64,000 bases of DNA from Balanoglossus misakiensis (GCA_040954595.2 JBECUI020000040.1:55026-119025); one strand, 5' to 3'; positions 42,524 to 62,918 are shown, counted from the stretch's first letter. Program-made: numbers and translations. The notes: a model not told the origin generated them from the letters alone.

Positions 42524-42882
42524 CTAAAATTCGATACCCGCTTGGCGGGCTCCGTCTGCTACGGCTTTCACAATACCATGATACAGATATCCGTTCCTAT
42601 CAAAAATAACAGTTGTGATATTGGCCGCTTTTAACCGTTTGCCTATGGTCTGTCCCACAAGCTTGCCATCCTCAACGGTCCGTTTGCTATTTTTGAGCTC
42701 TTTTTCCAGGGTGGAGGCACATGCTAAAGTGGTACCAGTGATGTCGTCAATAGCCTGTACGCTGATATTCTTAAGACTCTTGGTCACCGTCATGCGTGGA
42801 GCTTCCCTGGTTCCTTGTAGTTTCCCACGTATTCTTTTTTTCGCAGCCGATACCTACGATACTTATTAGCCAGTCTATCCAT
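42524..42882 (-). CDS. rplR: 50S ribosomal protein L18 (frameshifted)
   Basis: FDRNGYLYHGIVKAVADGARQAG. Confidence 0.95.
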
Positions 42883-42894
42883 AAAGTCCTTTCA

Positions 42895-43439
42895 TTAACC
42901 TCCACTAGATTTTGCTTTGCCGACTTTCCGTTGGATATGCTCATTGTCGTAACGGATCCCCTTGCCTTTGTATGGTTCTGGAGGTCGAAGGCTCCGGATT
43001 TCCGCAGCCGTTTGCCCTAAAAGCTGCCGATCAATGCTATCTATTTTTATCCGATTGCTTCCTTCTACGGTAACCTGGACACCCTCAGGAACAAGGTACT
43101 CAATGGGGTTAGAAAAACCAAGATTAAACATCAGAATATTATCCCTGAAGCTCGACCCTATATCCAACTCCATTAATCAACAAAGTCTTGCTGAATCCCT
43201 TAGAAACTCCAAAGACCATATTCTCAAGCAACCTTTTAAAAAGTCCGTGCATGGCCCGGGCCCTTTTCGAATTATTTGCCGAGAAACAAGAACCTCAGAA
43301 TCGCTGATTGTAAAGGAAACTTCCGGTTCAAAAGACTGAGCAAGTTCGCCCTTACTCCCCTTTACGGAAACTATATTTTTTCTATGGTGACAGAGACTCC
43401 AGAAGGAATCGACACCGGCTTCATTCCTATGCGTGACAA
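42895..43439 (-). CDS. rplF: 50S ribosomal protein L6 (frameshifted)
   Basis: SRIGMKPV N-term; [13 protein letters not shown]. Confidence 0.95.
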
Positions 43440-43450
43440 GATTCTATCCC

Positions 43451-43849
43451 TTACCAGACTTTACAGATGATCTCACCGCCAACCTGGTTAGCCGTGGCCT
43501 TCTTTCCTGTAGTAACCCCAATGGAAGTGGAGACAATTACTGTTCCAAAACCGTTAAAGACTCGCGGCATACTCTTGTACCCCGAATATATTCGCCGCCC
43601 TGGAGTAGATACAGACTTTATCCCATGAATGATGGGCTCTTGTTTGTTGTTGTATTTCAAAAAGACCCGGATAACATCGTGTTCTTCCAGGCTCACCTTC
43701 TTAAAATTTTTAATAAAACCTTCATTCTTATGGATTTTGATAATTTCAAATTTAATCTTTGAGGGCCGAATATCCACCTTCTCAAACTTAGCTGAAACAG
43801 CGTTTCGCAGTTTGGTAAGCATATCGGCAACTGGACTACTGATACTCAT
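43451..43849 (-). CDS. rpsH: 30S ribosomal protein S8
   Basis: [29 protein letters not shown]. Confidence 0.97.
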   Translation of the reverse strand: MSISSPVADMLTKLRNAVSAKFEKVDIRPSKIKFEIIKIHKNEGFIKNFKKVSLEEHDVIRVFLKYNNKQEPIIHGIKSVSTPGRRIYSGYKSMPRVFNGFGTVIVSTSIGVTTGKKATANQVGGEIICKVW

Positions 43850-43860
43850 TTCCGCTCCTG

Positions 43861-44046
43861 TTACCAGCTGGACTTAGTGACACCAGGAATTATACCCTGA
43901 TTAGCCAATTCCCGGAAGCAAATCCTACACATCTCAAACTTCCTCATATAACCCCTGGGACGCCCACAAATACGGCAACGCCGAACGGTTCGACTCATAA
44001 ATTTGGGTTTCCGATTCGCTTTGATGATCATTGATTTTTTTGCCAC
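43861..44046 (-). CDS. rpsN: 30S ribosomal protein S14 (Zn-binding, short type)
   Basis: [24 protein letters not shown]...GVTKSSW; GTG start. Confidence 0.96.
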   Translation of the reverse strand: MAKKSMIIKANRKPKFMSRTVRRCRICGRPRGYMRKFEMCRICFRELANQGIIPGVTKSSW

Positions 44047-44050
44047 TTCC

Positions 44051-44604
44051 TTACTCCTTGCTGAAAGGCATGCCAAAACTTCCTTAAAAGGCTTCTCGCC
44101 TCGCCGTCTTTTGACCCTGTCGTGATAATAGCCACATTAAGCCCTCGAACTTTCTCAATATTTGTCATAATTAATCTCAGGAAAGATAATTTGCTCCTGA
44201 ATACCTAAGGAAAAATTTCCTCTGCCGTCAAAGGCTTTGGGATTCACCCCACGGAAATCCTTGACCCTCGGGAGTGCTACGTTGAGCAGCCTATCGAGGA
44301 ACTCATACATTCGACTCCCCCGAAGGGTAACCTTAGCTCCTATCTCCATGCCCTGACGTATCTTGAAATTCGCTATGGATTTCCGTGCCCGAGTTTTGAT
44401 AACTTTTTGTCCGGTAATAGTTTCTAATTCAGTCACAACAGAATCAAGATATTTCTTGTTCGCAACGGAATCCCCAACCCCTGCCGATACAATGATTTTT
44501 TCAAGCCTAGGTACCTGCATGATGGATTTATAGGAAAACTCCTTGTGGAGTTCAGGAACTATGGCCTGGCGGTATTTGGTTTTCAATCTTGGCTCGTAAC
44601 TCAT
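44051..44604 (-). CDS. rplE: 50S ribosomal protein L5 (frameshifted near 3' end)
   Basis: [32 protein letters not shown]. Confidence 0.96.
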
Positions 44605-44920
44605 TAGAATGCCTCACCACATTTCCGACAAAAACGAGTTTTGGTTTTGTTGTCTACCCGAATTCCTATACGTGTTGGGCCACATTTTTTGCAGAGAATC
44701 ATCACATTGGAAAGGGCAAGTGCCGCTTCCACATCGATGATACCCCCTTGTCATTCTGTGACTTGGGTTTCTTGGTCTTTTTCACCAGGTTGAGTCCGTC
44801 TACAATAACCCGTTCCTTATCACGAACAATTTTCAAGATTTGTCCCTTCTTACCCTTATCTTTGCCCGCAATCACCTGAACTTGATCACCTTTTTTTATA
44901 CGTATTTTCACATTAGACAT
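44604..44920 (-). CDS. rplX: 50S ribosomal protein L24 (frameshifted)
   Basis: [22 protein letters not shown] motif. Confidence 0.95.
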
Positions 44921-44929
44921 AGCATCACT

Positions 44930-45298
44930 CTAAAGTACTTCGGAGCCAGAGAAACAAATTTCATGTAATTAAAATCCCTCAACTCCCGGGCTATGGGCCC
45001 AAAAATACGTTTGCCCACAGGGTTACCCGATTGATCAATAATGACACAGGCGTTGTCATCAAAACGAATATAAGTACCATCCTCACGGCCATATTCTTTA
45101 TGAGTTCGAAACAATAAGAGCCCGCCGGATATCACCCTTCTTAATGGCCACATTGGGCCAATACGTTTTTTACGGCTACAATAATAACATCGCCTACCTT
45201 GGCAAAATGTCGTTTGCTCCCCCCAACACTTTTATACACTGTACTTTTTTGGCACCGGAATTATCGGCAACATTTAAGTAACTTTGCATCTGTACCAT
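44930..45298 (-). CDS. rplN: 50S ribosomal protein L14 (frameshifted)
   Basis: VADNSGAK; [21 protein letters not shown]. Confidence 0.95.
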
Positions 45299-45307
45299 TG
45301 TTGTTCC

Positions 45308-45568
45308 CTATTTTCCTCTCTCCAGGATCTCCTGGAGAAGCCAGAATTTGCTCTTGCTAAGAGGACGGTTCTCAACAATCCTCACCGTATCACCAATCTT
45401 GGCGTCATTCTTTTCGTCGTGAGCCTTATACTTACAAGATTGAGTAATGTATTTCTTGTACAGCGGATGAAGCTGACGAGTGGAAACCTTAACGGTAATT
45501 GTCTTTTCCATCTTATCACTCACGACGATCCCTGTGAAGACCTTTCTGTTCTTCTTCTCATCCAGCAT
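45308..45568 (-). CDS. rpsQ: 30S ribosomal protein S17
   Basis: [31 protein letters not shown]. Confidence 0.97.
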   Translation of the reverse strand: MLDEKKNRKVFTGIVVSDKMEKTITVKVSTRQLHPLYKKYITQSCKYKAHDEKNDAKIGDTVRIVENRPLSKSKFWLLQEILERGK

Positions 45569-45773
45569 CTTGCTTGCCCTTCCTGATTCCTTGTGCGTGT
45601 TCGTGGATTATGGTATTTAATCTGGCAATGGAACGCCTGAGATTACGTTTTTCCAGGGGGTTCTCCACATGTCCCACAACTAATTCGAACCTCAAATCCC
45701 TCATTTTCTGAACGAACTCCGCTCTCTTCTGAATAAGTTCTTCCAGGGTCAACTCATTAAAGGTCTGTTTCAC
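45558..45773 (-). CDS. rpmC: 50S ribosomal protein L29
   Basis: ELTLEEL...DLRF...[18 protein letters not shown]; GTG start. Confidence 0.93.
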   Translation of the reverse strand: MKQTFNELTLEELIQKRAEFVQKMRDLRFELVVGHVENPLEKRNLRRSIARLNTIIHEHAQGIRKGKQDAG

Positions 45774-46202
45774 TATCTCTACCCCACATGATGTTTCACA
45801 ACGAATCTGGGACTTGATCGGTAACTTATTGTTAGCCAGAGTCATAGCCTCTCTGGCAAGCTCCATCTCCACTCCTGCAATTTCAAACATCATTGTTCCC
45901 GGTTTTACAACAGCTACCCATTTTTCAGGGTTGCCTTTGCCTTTACCCATACGGGTTTCTGCAGGTTTTTTTGTGTAAGGGATGTCAGGAAAATTCTTAT
46001 CCAGACCTTCCCTCCTCTTTTTATATGCCGCCGTCATGACAATCCTGGCGGCTTCAATCTGCCTGGAGTCCAGCCAGTGGGTTTTCCAAAGAAACAAGTC
46101 CATAATCTCCAAAGGAAATCTTATTGAGCCTACAAGCCTTTCCGGTAGAGAGGAGCGGCCGCGCTGCCTTTTTCTGTATTTTGTTCTCTTAGGACTAAGC
46201 AT
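45773..46202 (-). CDS. rplP: 50S ribosomal protein L16 (frameshifted)
   Basis: [35 protein letters not shown]. Confidence 0.95.
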
Positions 46203-46900
46203 CACGTTGGCCTCCCCATCTGTCTGATCTCTTGCCAACCAGCCTACCTGCGTCGTCTTCTGTTCCATTCCCTGGTCTTCCCCGTTAAAGATCCACACCT
46301 TAACACCTATAACCCCAAAAGTGGTCATAGCTCTGGAAAAACCATAGTCAATATTCGCACGAAGGGTATGGAGTGGAATGCGTCCCTCTTTGACCTCTAG
46401 CTGCCTGGACATCTCAGCACCCCCTAAACGACCGCTAATTTTTATTTTAATGCCCTGAACCCCACTTTTCATGGCGTTTTGTACTGCCAATTTCAGTGTA
46501 CGTCTAAAAGCCACCCGACTCCGCAACTGTCTTGCTATATTCTGAGAAATAATGGAAGCGACTCTTTCAGGATTCTTTACTTCCTTAATTTTTACAGAGA
46601 CTTTCTTATCAGTCAATTTTTGTAGGTTAGAGGTAACCTTTTCGATGTTGACTCCCTTGGAACCGATAATAACACCAGGACGTGCCGTTTCGATGGTAAG
46701 GGTAACCCTTGAAGGTTGTCTGATAATTTCAATGTTCCCGATGTCAGCTCCTTGGGCTTCGGGGCTGGTCAAAAGAGTTTTGCGGAATTGTAAATCCTCA
46801 TGAAGAGTCTTTGCATATTCCTTAGTTCCCACATACCACCGCGATTTCCAATCTTTGTTTATCCCAATCCGGAACCCATAGGGATTAACCTTCTGTCCAT
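46202..46900 (-). CDS. rpsC: 30S ribosomal protein S3 (frameshifted)
   Basis: QKVNPYGFRIG, RPGVIIG, GRLGGAEMSR, GRIPLHTLRANIDY. Confidence 0.96.
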
Positions 46901-46908
46901 TTCGTTAC

Positions 46909-47263
46909 CTACCCTCCTATTTCATCCAGGACCACAGAAATATGGCTAAACCTTTTCATTTGACGGTCTGCCCGTCCTCGACTCCTAGGCCAGATTCTTT
47001 TCTGAATGGGGCCGCCATCAATCAGCAACTCCTTAATATAAAGCCTCTCTTCATCCAGGTCTTCTTTGTGATATAGCGCATTGGCGGCAGCAGATTGAAG
47101 ACATTTCCGAAAGGAATCGGGCACCCTTCTGAGGAAGATTATCCAGAATGGCAATAGCCTCAGGATAAGGCTTACGTTTGATATGTTGCGCAATTGGCCT
47201 TATTTTTGTTGGCGACATAGAGAGATTTTTTGCTGTTGCCCGAAAGCCCTTTTTCGTTTCCAT
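46909..47263 (-). CDS. rplV: 50S ribosomal protein L22 (frameshifted)
   Basis: SPTKIRPIA, SAAANA, PRSRGRA, SHISVVL. Confidence 0.95.
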
Positions 47264-47267
47264 GTTA

Positions 47268-47550
47268 TTACTTCCACTTGCCTTTCTTGTCTGATCCTGC
47301 ATGGCCACGGAAAATTCGTGTGGGAGAGAACTCTCCCAGCTTATGGCCGACAAGATCTTCAGTTATATAAACCAGGAACAAAGACTTTTCCATTATGGAC
47401 AGAAATAGTTATTCCCACCATTTCGGGAATGATAGTGGAACTTCTGGACCAAGTTTTGACCATTCCTTTTCCTCCAGATTTACTTCGTTCCACCACTTTT
47501 TGATAAAGACTTTTAGCCACAAAAGGACCTTTTTTAATTGATCTTGACAT
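47268..47550 (-). CDS. rpsS: 30S ribosomal protein S19 (frameshifted)
   Basis: [24 protein letters not shown]. Confidence 0.95.
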
Positions 47551-47554
47551 TTCC

Positions 47555-48380
47555 CTACTTCCGCCTTTTGACGATGAATTTATCTGAATGCTTATGCTTC
47601 TTCCTGGTCTTGCCACCTTTGGTTGGCTTGCCCCAGGGAGTTACGGGATGGCGTCCACCAGAAGTACGACCTTCACCGCCACCATGGGGATGATCAACAG
47701 GATTCATTACCACTCCCCGAACTTTGGGACGCTTTCCAAGCCACCGGGATCGACCGGCCTTGCCCTTGTTTACATTCATATGATCTTCATTGCCCACCTC
47801 CCCAATGGTAGCAATGTTGAACTTATGTATCATCCTCATTTCTCCGGAAGATAGCCTTAAAGTACATAGTTACCTTCTTTTGCCGCTATCAATGCCCGGC
47901 AACCAGCCCGAACGAACAAGTTGCCCGCCTCTTCCTTTGCTCAATTCAACATTATGGACCACACGCCCGAGTGGAATATTGTCAAGAGGAAGACAGTTTC
48001 CCACTTCGATAGGTGCCTGGGGGCCACTCAGGATGGTAGAACCCACGTTCAAACCTCTGGGGCAGAGGATGTAACGCCTTTCTCCATCCTTATAGTGCAC
48101 AAGAGCAAGATTTGCACTCCGGTTAGGATCGTACTCTATTTCCACAACTTTCCCTGGAACGCCGGAGCTTGTCTCTCTTAAAGTCAAGACTACGGTATTT
48201 GCGTTTATGGCCGCCTCCTCGACGTCTTACTGAGATGCTGCCATCCCGCCCCCGCCCAGCCCGGGAACTCTTCCCCTTGGTAAGAGATTTTTCAGGCCTT
48301 GCCCTGGTTATTTCTCTATTATCAAGACTCTGGCGGAAACGCTGGGAAGGGGTTGTCGGATTGTAGGATTTAATGCCCAT
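47555..48380 (-). CDS. rplB: 50S ribosomal protein L2 (frameshifted)
   Basis: [32 protein letters not shown]. Confidence 0.97.
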
Positions 48381-48396
48381 TTTTTTTCTCCCTTAC

Positions 48397-48711
48397 TCAG
48401 GAACCTTCAAAGACATTGATTTTTTGCCCTTTAGCCAAGGTCACCATTGCCTTTTTCCATGCGGCCGTTCGACCGAAACCGCGCCTGTAGCTAGTCCGGG
48501 AGATGGCTTCGTTTGCCTTTTTCTTCCCCGAACATTAATCATACGGCAAGCCAGGGGGGTGACGGAGAAAAGGGTCTTTACTGCCTCCATAACCATGGGT
48601 TTGTTTGCCTTCGTATGAACCCTAAAAATATAGGTTTTTATGTCACCTTCACGAAAATTATTGGATTTTTCTGTGGAGGACCGGTGCTATGATAATGTTA
48701 TTGGCTTCCAT
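48397..48711 (-). CDS. rplW: 50S ribosomal protein L23 (frameshifted)
   Basis: Between rplD and rplB; TEKSN, ANKP, INVRGRK, WKKAMVTL. Confidence 0.88.
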
Positions 48712-49344
48712 GCCCAGCTCCGTAAAATTCATTGAGTTTCACCACGGCATCTTCAAGCATAAGGATGTTTTTCCCATAAAAAAGCTCGTGGGCTCCCAAC
48801 CTGTTAATACGAGAGGAAAAACAAATTGGGGATATTGTTTCCGGCCCGTCGAATACTGGGATCCTCTCCACCTAAAACGATAACGGTCCGTCCCTTGTCC
48901 AGGGAAAAGTTCTTGAGAATTGCCGAAAGGTCACGAGTCTTTCCCGACTCTACGGTAAAATTTTCTACTATTTTGAAATTTTCTTTATCCTGAGCCTTAA
49001 GAGAAAGGATGCTTCGAAAAGCCAAGCGTTTGATTTTTTTAGGCAATTTGTAAGAGTAATCTATGGGCTGAGGCCCAAATACAGTTCCTCCGCCACGCCA
49101 AAGAGGACTTTTCCTATCTCCAGCTCGAGCCCTACCGGTACCTTTCTGACGCCATGGCTTTTTCCCGCTACCTTTGACATTGCCTCGTGTCTTGGAAGAT
49201 GCTGTGCCCTGACGTTTGTTAGCCAATTCGTTTCGAATTGCATGCCCAAATGGAACCCTCACTAGGCTGAATGGCAAAGACAGCATCATTGAGAGTAAGG
49301 GTTCTAAGTTCCTTGTCTTCTATTGAAAAAACTTTACTTTCCAT
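48711..49344 (-). CDS. rplD: 50S ribosomal protein L4 (frameshifted)
   Basis: RQGTASSKTRG, KPWRQKGTGRARAG, RGGGTVFGP. Confidence 0.95.
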
Positions 49345-49349
49345 TCCTG

Positions 49350-49973
49350 TCCCTACTTTCTTTTTTTCGCCTGTCGAACAAACACAATACGTCACGGGGA
49401 CCAGGAACCGCACCTGTAATCAGCAGAACATTCTTTTCATCATCCACTTTCAGGAGCCGAAGATTCTGCACCGTTTTTCTCTCTCCACCCATGCGCCCGG
49501 GCATCTTTGTTCCCTTTATAACCTTCGAAGGAGAAGCTGCCATACCAGAGGATCCCATTGTTCGGTGAAACTTTGAGCCGTGGGTTTTCGACCTCCCCGG
49601 GAAATTATAACGCTTCATGACTCCCTGATAACCTTACCTTTGCTAGTTCCCACAACGTCGACAAAACGTAGATTCTTAAGAATCTCCACTCCGAAGGTGT
49701 CGCCAATCTGGCAATCTTGGGCAAAATCACGAACTTCCATCAAAATTTCTTAGGCTTCAAACCAGCCTTGAACTGACCGGCGACAGGCTTGCTAAGTCGG
49801 GACAATTTCCCGTCAATGGCACCAAGAACAACAGCATTGTAGCCGTTTTTTTCTTCATCTCGTAGGTCAATGACCATATTAGGCTGTACCTCAATAACGG
49901 TGACGGGAGACAACACACCCTTTTCGTCAAAGATTTGAGTCATACCTAGTTTTTTTCCAATTAATCCAATCAT
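49350..49973 (-). CDS. rplC: 50S ribosomal protein L3 (frameshifted; 3' end approximate)
   Basis: GKKLGMTQIF, THGSKFHR, KMPGRMG, GAVPG. Confidence 0.95.
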
Positions 49974-49993
49974 AGCATATTCCCTACTAGATC

Positions 49994-50300
49994 TTACTGC
50001 TTGATCTCAACGTCAACTCCGGCAGGAAGCTCAAGTTTCATCAATGCTTCCATTACCGCCATGTCAGGCTCAAGAATATCAATCAATCTTTTATGAGTTC
50101 GCATCTCAAATTGCTCCCGGGATTTTTTGTTTACAAAAGGAGACTTCAGCACGGTATATTTATTTATTTTCGTCGGTAAAGGTACAGGCCCCGAAACCTT
50201 TGTGCCCTGCTTTTTGCACGGCCTTTACAATGGATCGAGCACTTTGTTCTATCAATTCTATATCAAAACCTCTTAGACGAACACGAATTTTCCCCACAAG
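49994..50300 (-). CDS. rpsJ: 30S ribosomal protein S10 (frameshifted; start approximate)
   Basis: [44 protein letters not shown]. Confidence 0.93.
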
Positions 50301-50355
50301 CCTACTCCTTTTTTCTAACAAATCCCATCATAGTACTCGCCAGCGCATTGTTTAT

Positions 50356-51541
50356 TCAATGATTTCTATTACCTGACCCGAGGGCAACCGTACGTCCACC
50401 TTCGCGGACAGCGAAACGAAGTCCTTTATCCATAGCAATGGGGTGAATCAATTCCACCGTGAACTCGGTATTGTCCCCTGGTATGACCATCTTATGTCCA
50501 TCAGCTAGTGTAACCGTGCCGGTAATGTCTGTGGTCCGAAAATAAAACTGGGGGCGATAGCCGCTGAAAAAGGGATTATGACGTCCACCTTCTTCTTTTG
50601 TAAGACAGTAAATGGCAGCTTTAAACTTGACGTGAGGACTAATAGAACCGGGCTTGGCCAATACCTGACCACGCTCTACAGCTTTTTTATCAACACCCCG
50701 CAGAAGGCAGCCGACATTATCGCCCGCCTGCCCTTCGTCCAGAAGCTTGTTGAACATCTCCACACCGGTACAGACGGTTTTTTGAGTTGCACGAATACCG
50801 ATAATTTCCACATCGTCTCCGACATGAACGATTCCCCCTTCTATTCTTCCGGTGACAACCGTACCACGTCCAGGAATTGAGAAGATGTCTTCGATAGGGC
50901 ATAAGGAAAGCTTTATCAACTGCCCTTTCGGGATGGGGAAGTAGCTATCCATAGCATCGAGAAGCTCCTGGATGCTCTTGTTTTTTTCCGCATCATCAGG
51001 GTCAACATGGCCTCAAAAGCACTTCCCTTAATAATGGGTGTTTCTTCTCCTGGGAATTCATATTCGTCCAGAAGCTCCCGAACTTCCATTTCCACAAGAT
51101 CAACAAGCTCAGGATCAGCAAGGGTCCATCTTGTTTAAATAGACAATCAACTTAGGAACACCCACCTGACGTGCTAAAACGATATGCTCCCGTGTCTGGG
51201 GCTCAGGACCGGAATCAGCAGATACAAGAAGTACAGCACCATCCATCTGGGCTGCACCTGTGATCATGTTTTTTATGTAGTCAGCATGGGCCGGGACAGT
51301 CGACATGAGCATAATGGCGTTTGTCGGTTTCGTATTCAACATGCCGGGTATTGATCGTAATTCCGCGTGCCTTTTCTTCAGGGGCGTTGTCAATATCTTC
51401 GTAAGTCATGACTTTACCACCTGACTGGGCAGAACAATACATGGTGAGAGCAGCCGGTAAGTGTTGTTTTCCCATGATCAACATGCCCAATAGTACCGAC
51501 GTTAATGTGCGGCTTAGTTCTTGCAAATTTTCCTTAGCCAT
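50356..51541 (-). CDS. tuf: Elongation factor Tu (frameshifted)
   Basis: [47 protein letters not shown]. Confidence 0.97.
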
Positions 51542-51748
51542 TGGCAATCCTCCTCATATACAATCGAAATTTCAGTCAAATAATAACTCGGTTGTGTCTA
51601 TATTATTCTCCGCACTCAATAGTTTTCAACACCACGGAAGAAAAATGACGCCACCCCAAAAACAAATAACTAAAAGAATCTAATATCTAACATAAGATAA
51701 AGACATGAACAACTCCCATCGAAAATCCCACAACCACCCGTCAAATCA

Positions 51749-51774
51749 GCCCTTACTGAAATAGTGCTAAGGGC
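51749..51774. other. Stem-loop in rpsG-tuf spacer (possible terminator or processing site)
   Basis: gccctta-N12-taagggc. Confidence 0.3.
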
Positions 51775-51900
51775 AATATCTAACGATACAAGGGACAAAC
51801 CAGTACTTTCTAAAGAATATCGATTTTGAATTAAGCCTTCTAGCAAACCACAAGCTTCACCAGAAATAAATCCTTCCTTACCAGAAAAGAATTACAAATC

Positions 51901-52371
51901 TTACCACCTATAATGGCTAAAAGCTTTGTTCGCCTCGGCCATTCTATGCGTATCTTCTTTTTTCTTGAAGGCAACACCCGTTGAATTGGCTGCGTCGACG
52001 AATTCCGCACCTAATCTTTCTCGCATATTTCGACCACTACGAGCCCTGGCAGCCTGAATAATCCACCGCATAGCCAAAGCTTCCCGACGTACTTCGCGCA
52101 CCTCTACAGGCACCTGATAAGTGGCTCCCCCTACACGGCGTGACTTAACCTCTACATTAGGTTTTACATTTTCCAAGGCTTTTTGGAAAATTTCCAGCGG
52201 CTCTTTGCCTGTTTTTCTTTTCAGCGAAGTCCAAGGCTCCGTAGAGATTACTGAAACTAATAGTTTTTTTCCTTTAAACATCATACGATTAACAAACTTT
52301 TGTGACGGCTTTACTGTTAAATGCGGATCCGCCTGAACCCGACGAACCGGAGCTTCTTTTCTTCTCGACAT
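51901..52371 (-). CDS. rpsG: 30S ribosomal protein S7 (probable compensating indels near 5' end)
   Basis: EVKSRRVGGATYQVP, HRMAEANKAFSHYRW. Confidence 0.97.
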   Translation of the reverse strand: MSRRKEAPVRRVQADPHLTVKPSQKFVNRMMFKGKKLLVSVISTEPWTSLKRKTGKEPLEIFQKALENVKPNVEVKSRRVGGATYQVPVEVREVRREALAMRWIIQAARARSGRNMRERLGAEFVDAANSTGVAFKKKEDTHRMAEANKAFSHYRW

Positions 52372-52385
52372 AATATTTCTTCCCC

Positions 52386-52760
52386 TTAAGCTTTAGGTTT
52401 CTTGGTTCCGTACTTAGACCGAGCCTGCCTTCGATCATTGACACCCAAGGTATCTTTTGTTCCACGAATAATGTGATAGCGGACCCCAGGAAGATCTTTT
52501 ACACGTCCACCCACGAATAACCACCACGGAATGCTCCTGGAGGTTATGACCAATACCTGGAATGTAGGCCGTAACTTCTATACCGTTACTTAGCCTGACC
52601 CTTGCCACTCTCCGCAAAGCAGAATTGGCTTCTTCGGGGTAATGGTTATAACCCGGATACAAACGCCCCTTTTCTGGGGGCAACCTTGGAGTGCCGGAGA
52701 TTTGGTTTTTTTGACCATGACCTTCCGACCCTTTCTCACTAACTGATTTATTGCAGGCAT
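52386..52760 (-). CDS. rpsL: 30S ribosomal protein S12 (frameshifted)
   Basis: [40 protein letters not shown]. Confidence 0.96.
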
Positions 52761-52840
52761 CCTCGGCTCCTCAAACATTCCTTGAGTTTAAACTCAAAGC
52801 AAAACGATACTAAAGAATACACGATTTAGGGTCAAGCACT

Positions 52841-52862
52841 AAAAGAAAAAACTGACTAAAAA

Positions 52863-52868
<6 letters not shown>
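52841..52868 (-). terminator. Weak intrinsic terminator after rpoC
   Basis: Minus strand ACTGA-N7-TCAGT followed by TTTTTCTTTT. Confidence 0.35.
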
Positions 52869-57119
<4,251 letters not shown>

Positions 57120-57128
57120 ACCTCTTCC

Positions 57129-60624
<3,496 letters not shown>

Positions 60625-60649
60625 CCAAATTACCCCCTAAACAGAGATC

Positions 60650-60684
60650 AGGCCACCAAAAAACCCGATAGATCTTGGCGGCCT
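60650..60684 (-). terminator. rplL-rpoB intergenic hairpin (possible attenuator)
   Basis: Minus strand AGGCCGCCAA-N15-TTGGTGGCCT; weak U tract. Confidence 0.45.
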
Positions 60685-60714
60685 AACATTTAGCTTTTTC
60701 CTGGTACAGTCGGT

Positions 60715-61095
60715 CTATTGAATTTCAACAGTAGCGCCAACAGCTTCAAGCTTCTCTTTAATGGAAGCAGCCTCTTCCTTAGAAACGGCTTCCTTGACAG
60801 CCTTGGCCCCACTTTCGACCAACTCCTTGCTTCTTTGAGACCGAGACTCGTAACCACCCGAACTTCTTTAATCACTGCAATTTTTTTGCCTTCAGCAAAA
60901 CCAGTGAGAATGACATTAAACTCTGTCTGCTCCTCTTCGGCTTCTTCAGCCTCGGCAGCCGCGCCAACGGGTGCGGCAAAGGCAACAGGGGCAGCAGCTG
61001 TTACCCCGAATTTCTCTTCCCATTGCCTTTACCAGTTCGGATACTTCCATAACAGACATTGCTGCTATAGCCTCAAGAATTTCATTGGTATCCAT
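60715..61095 (-). CDS. rplL: 50S ribosomal protein L7/L12 (frameshifted)
   Basis: [36 protein letters not shown]. Confidence 0.95.
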
Positions 61096-61177
61096 ATTAT
61101 CTCCTATTTCAATTTATTTTCGGAAGCGACAGCAGACACCATTTTGAAGACTGACACCCCCTTCCAATCATGAAAAA

Positions 61178-61709
61178 TCAGCCTTCCTGAACTTTTTTCT
61201 CCCTAACGGCGTCCAAGGTCCGCACAAGTTTCTGAGTAACCCGTTTATAGCATAGACAAGGTTATTCATGGGAGCTTTCATCGCAGACATAAGCACCTGA
61301 ACCAACTCCCAACTTGGAGGGCAACTTACTCAAAGCTTCAATCCCGGCGGCATCGTAAATCTGACTTTCAACCAATCCACCCTTGACTTTCAACGGGGCA
61401 TGCTTGGCAAAATCGAAAAGAGCCTTTGCCGTAGTTCCTGCTTCTTCCTCCACATAGGTCAATGCGGTAGGCCCTACAAGGAAAGGGAACACTTCTTCGT
61501 GACCTTTTGCCTGAAAGCAATCCTGGCATAGCGTTTTTAACGACACGAAGCTTAGCTTTTTCTTCACCAAGTCGGAGCCGAAGGCTCGAGATCTGCTCCA
61601 CCGTCAAACCCACGGTAATCGGCAAATATAAGGCCTTTGCCTCATCTAAAGAAGCACTGAGCTTAGCTACCGCATCTACTTTATACTGCTGCACTTTTGA
61701 TTCAGACAT
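61178..61709 (-). CDS. rplJ: 50S ribosomal protein L10 (frameshifted)
   Basis: GLTVEQISSLR, RVVKN, LVGPTA, ALSKLPSK. Confidence 0.93.
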
Positions 61710-61712
61710 TGA

Positions 61713-62387
61713 TTAATCCTGGACCTCTAACCCAACGCCAGGACCCATACTGGTGGCCAAACTGGCTGACTTAATGAAATCACCTTTTACATCCGATGGA
61801 CGCTTCTTTTTCAGCTCATCCATGAATACGGCAACATTTTCTTTAATTTGATCGTTTTGCATAGATACTTTACCCACCACCATATGGACGACTCCGGTCT
61901 TATCTGCCCGGAATTCCCGCCGACCCTGTTTGAGTTCCGTAATGGCCCCTTTAATATCGGCAGTAACCGTGCGGGTCTTAGGGTTGGGCATAAGTCCCCG
62001 ACGCCCCAAAATAGGACCAAGCTTACCTACGTCACGCATCATATCGGGAGTAGCGACACAGACATCAAAATCCAGCCAACCTGCTTTAATTTTCTCCACC
62101 AATTCTTCACCCCCAACGTAGCGGGCTCCAGCCTCTTCGGCTTCTACAGCCTTATCCCCTTTGGCAAAGACAAGCACCCTCTTCTCTTCGGCGAACTGAT
62201 GAGGAAGGACCAGAATATCTCGAACAGAGTGGCTTTTCTTGATATTGATTTTGACACCAACTTCTATACTCTCATCGAATTTCGCATAAGCAATTTCCTT
62301 AACCAAGGTGAGAGCCTCGTCAAAACTATACTTCCTTGCCCTGTCGACCTTGCCCTGGGCTATCTTGTATTTTTTACCCCTACCCAT
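61713..62387 (-). CDS. rplA: 50S ribosomal protein L1
   Basis: [31 protein letters not shown]. Confidence 0.98.
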   Translation of the reverse strand: MGRGKKYKIAQGKVDRARKYSFDEALTLVKEIAYAKFDESIEVGVKINIKKSHSVRDILVLPHQFAEEKRVLVFAKGDKAVEAEEAGARYVGGEELVEKIKAGWLDFDVCVATPDMMRDVGKLGPILGRRGLMPNPKTRTVTADIKGAITELKQGRREFRADKTGVVHMVVGKVSMQNDQIKENVAVFMDELKKKRPSDVKGDFIKSASLATSMGPGVGLEVQD

Positions 62388-62388
62388 C

Positions 62389-62820
62389 CTAGCCCTCCAC
62401 TACCACACCCATACTCCGGGCGGTACCAGCAATAATTTTTGCCGCTGCATCCAGATCAAGAGCATTGAGATCAGACATCTTAACCTGGGCGATTTGGCGG
62501 CACTGACCCACAGAAATTTTACCAACCTTACTTCTATTGGACTCCGGAGAGCCTTTTTCCAAGCCCAAGGCTTTTTTTATAAGAACAGCAGCCGGAGGAG
62601 ATTTGGTAACAAAACTGAAGCTCCGGTCCGCATAGACAGAGATTACTACCGGAACGATAAGTCCCGGCTCTTCATTTTTTGTACGTTCATTAAACTGTTG
62701 AACAAATTGTGGGGCACTGACACCGTGGGGCCCCAGGGCAGGTCCCACTGGAGGAGCAGGCGTTGCCTTACCCGCAGGCACCTGAAGTTTAATTTGAGTT
62801 ACTACACTTTTTTTAGCCAT
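62389..62820 (-). CDS. rplK: 50S ribosomal protein L11
   Basis: [22 protein letters not shown]. Confidence 0.98.
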   Translation of the reverse strand: MAKKSVVTQIKLQVPAGKATPAPPVGPALGPHGVSAPQFVQQFNERTKNEEPGLIVPVVISVYADRSFSFVTKSPPAAVLIKKALGLEKGSPESNRSKVGKISVGQCRQIAQVKMSDLNALDLDAAAKIIAGTARSMGVVVEG

Positions 62821-62918
62821 TCCGGTCTCCTTAAGCAGCAGAAACGCTTCCCCTCATAGGGCGATTCTTGCTCGATTATAGAGCCTATTTCCAATACGAT
62901 GCAGAGCATCGATACTAC

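Noticed and set aside
45558-46832. 424-aa apparent S3-L16-L29 fusion protein
   Set aside because: Each gene's own start and stop are visible; read-through comes from indels in an error-rich region.
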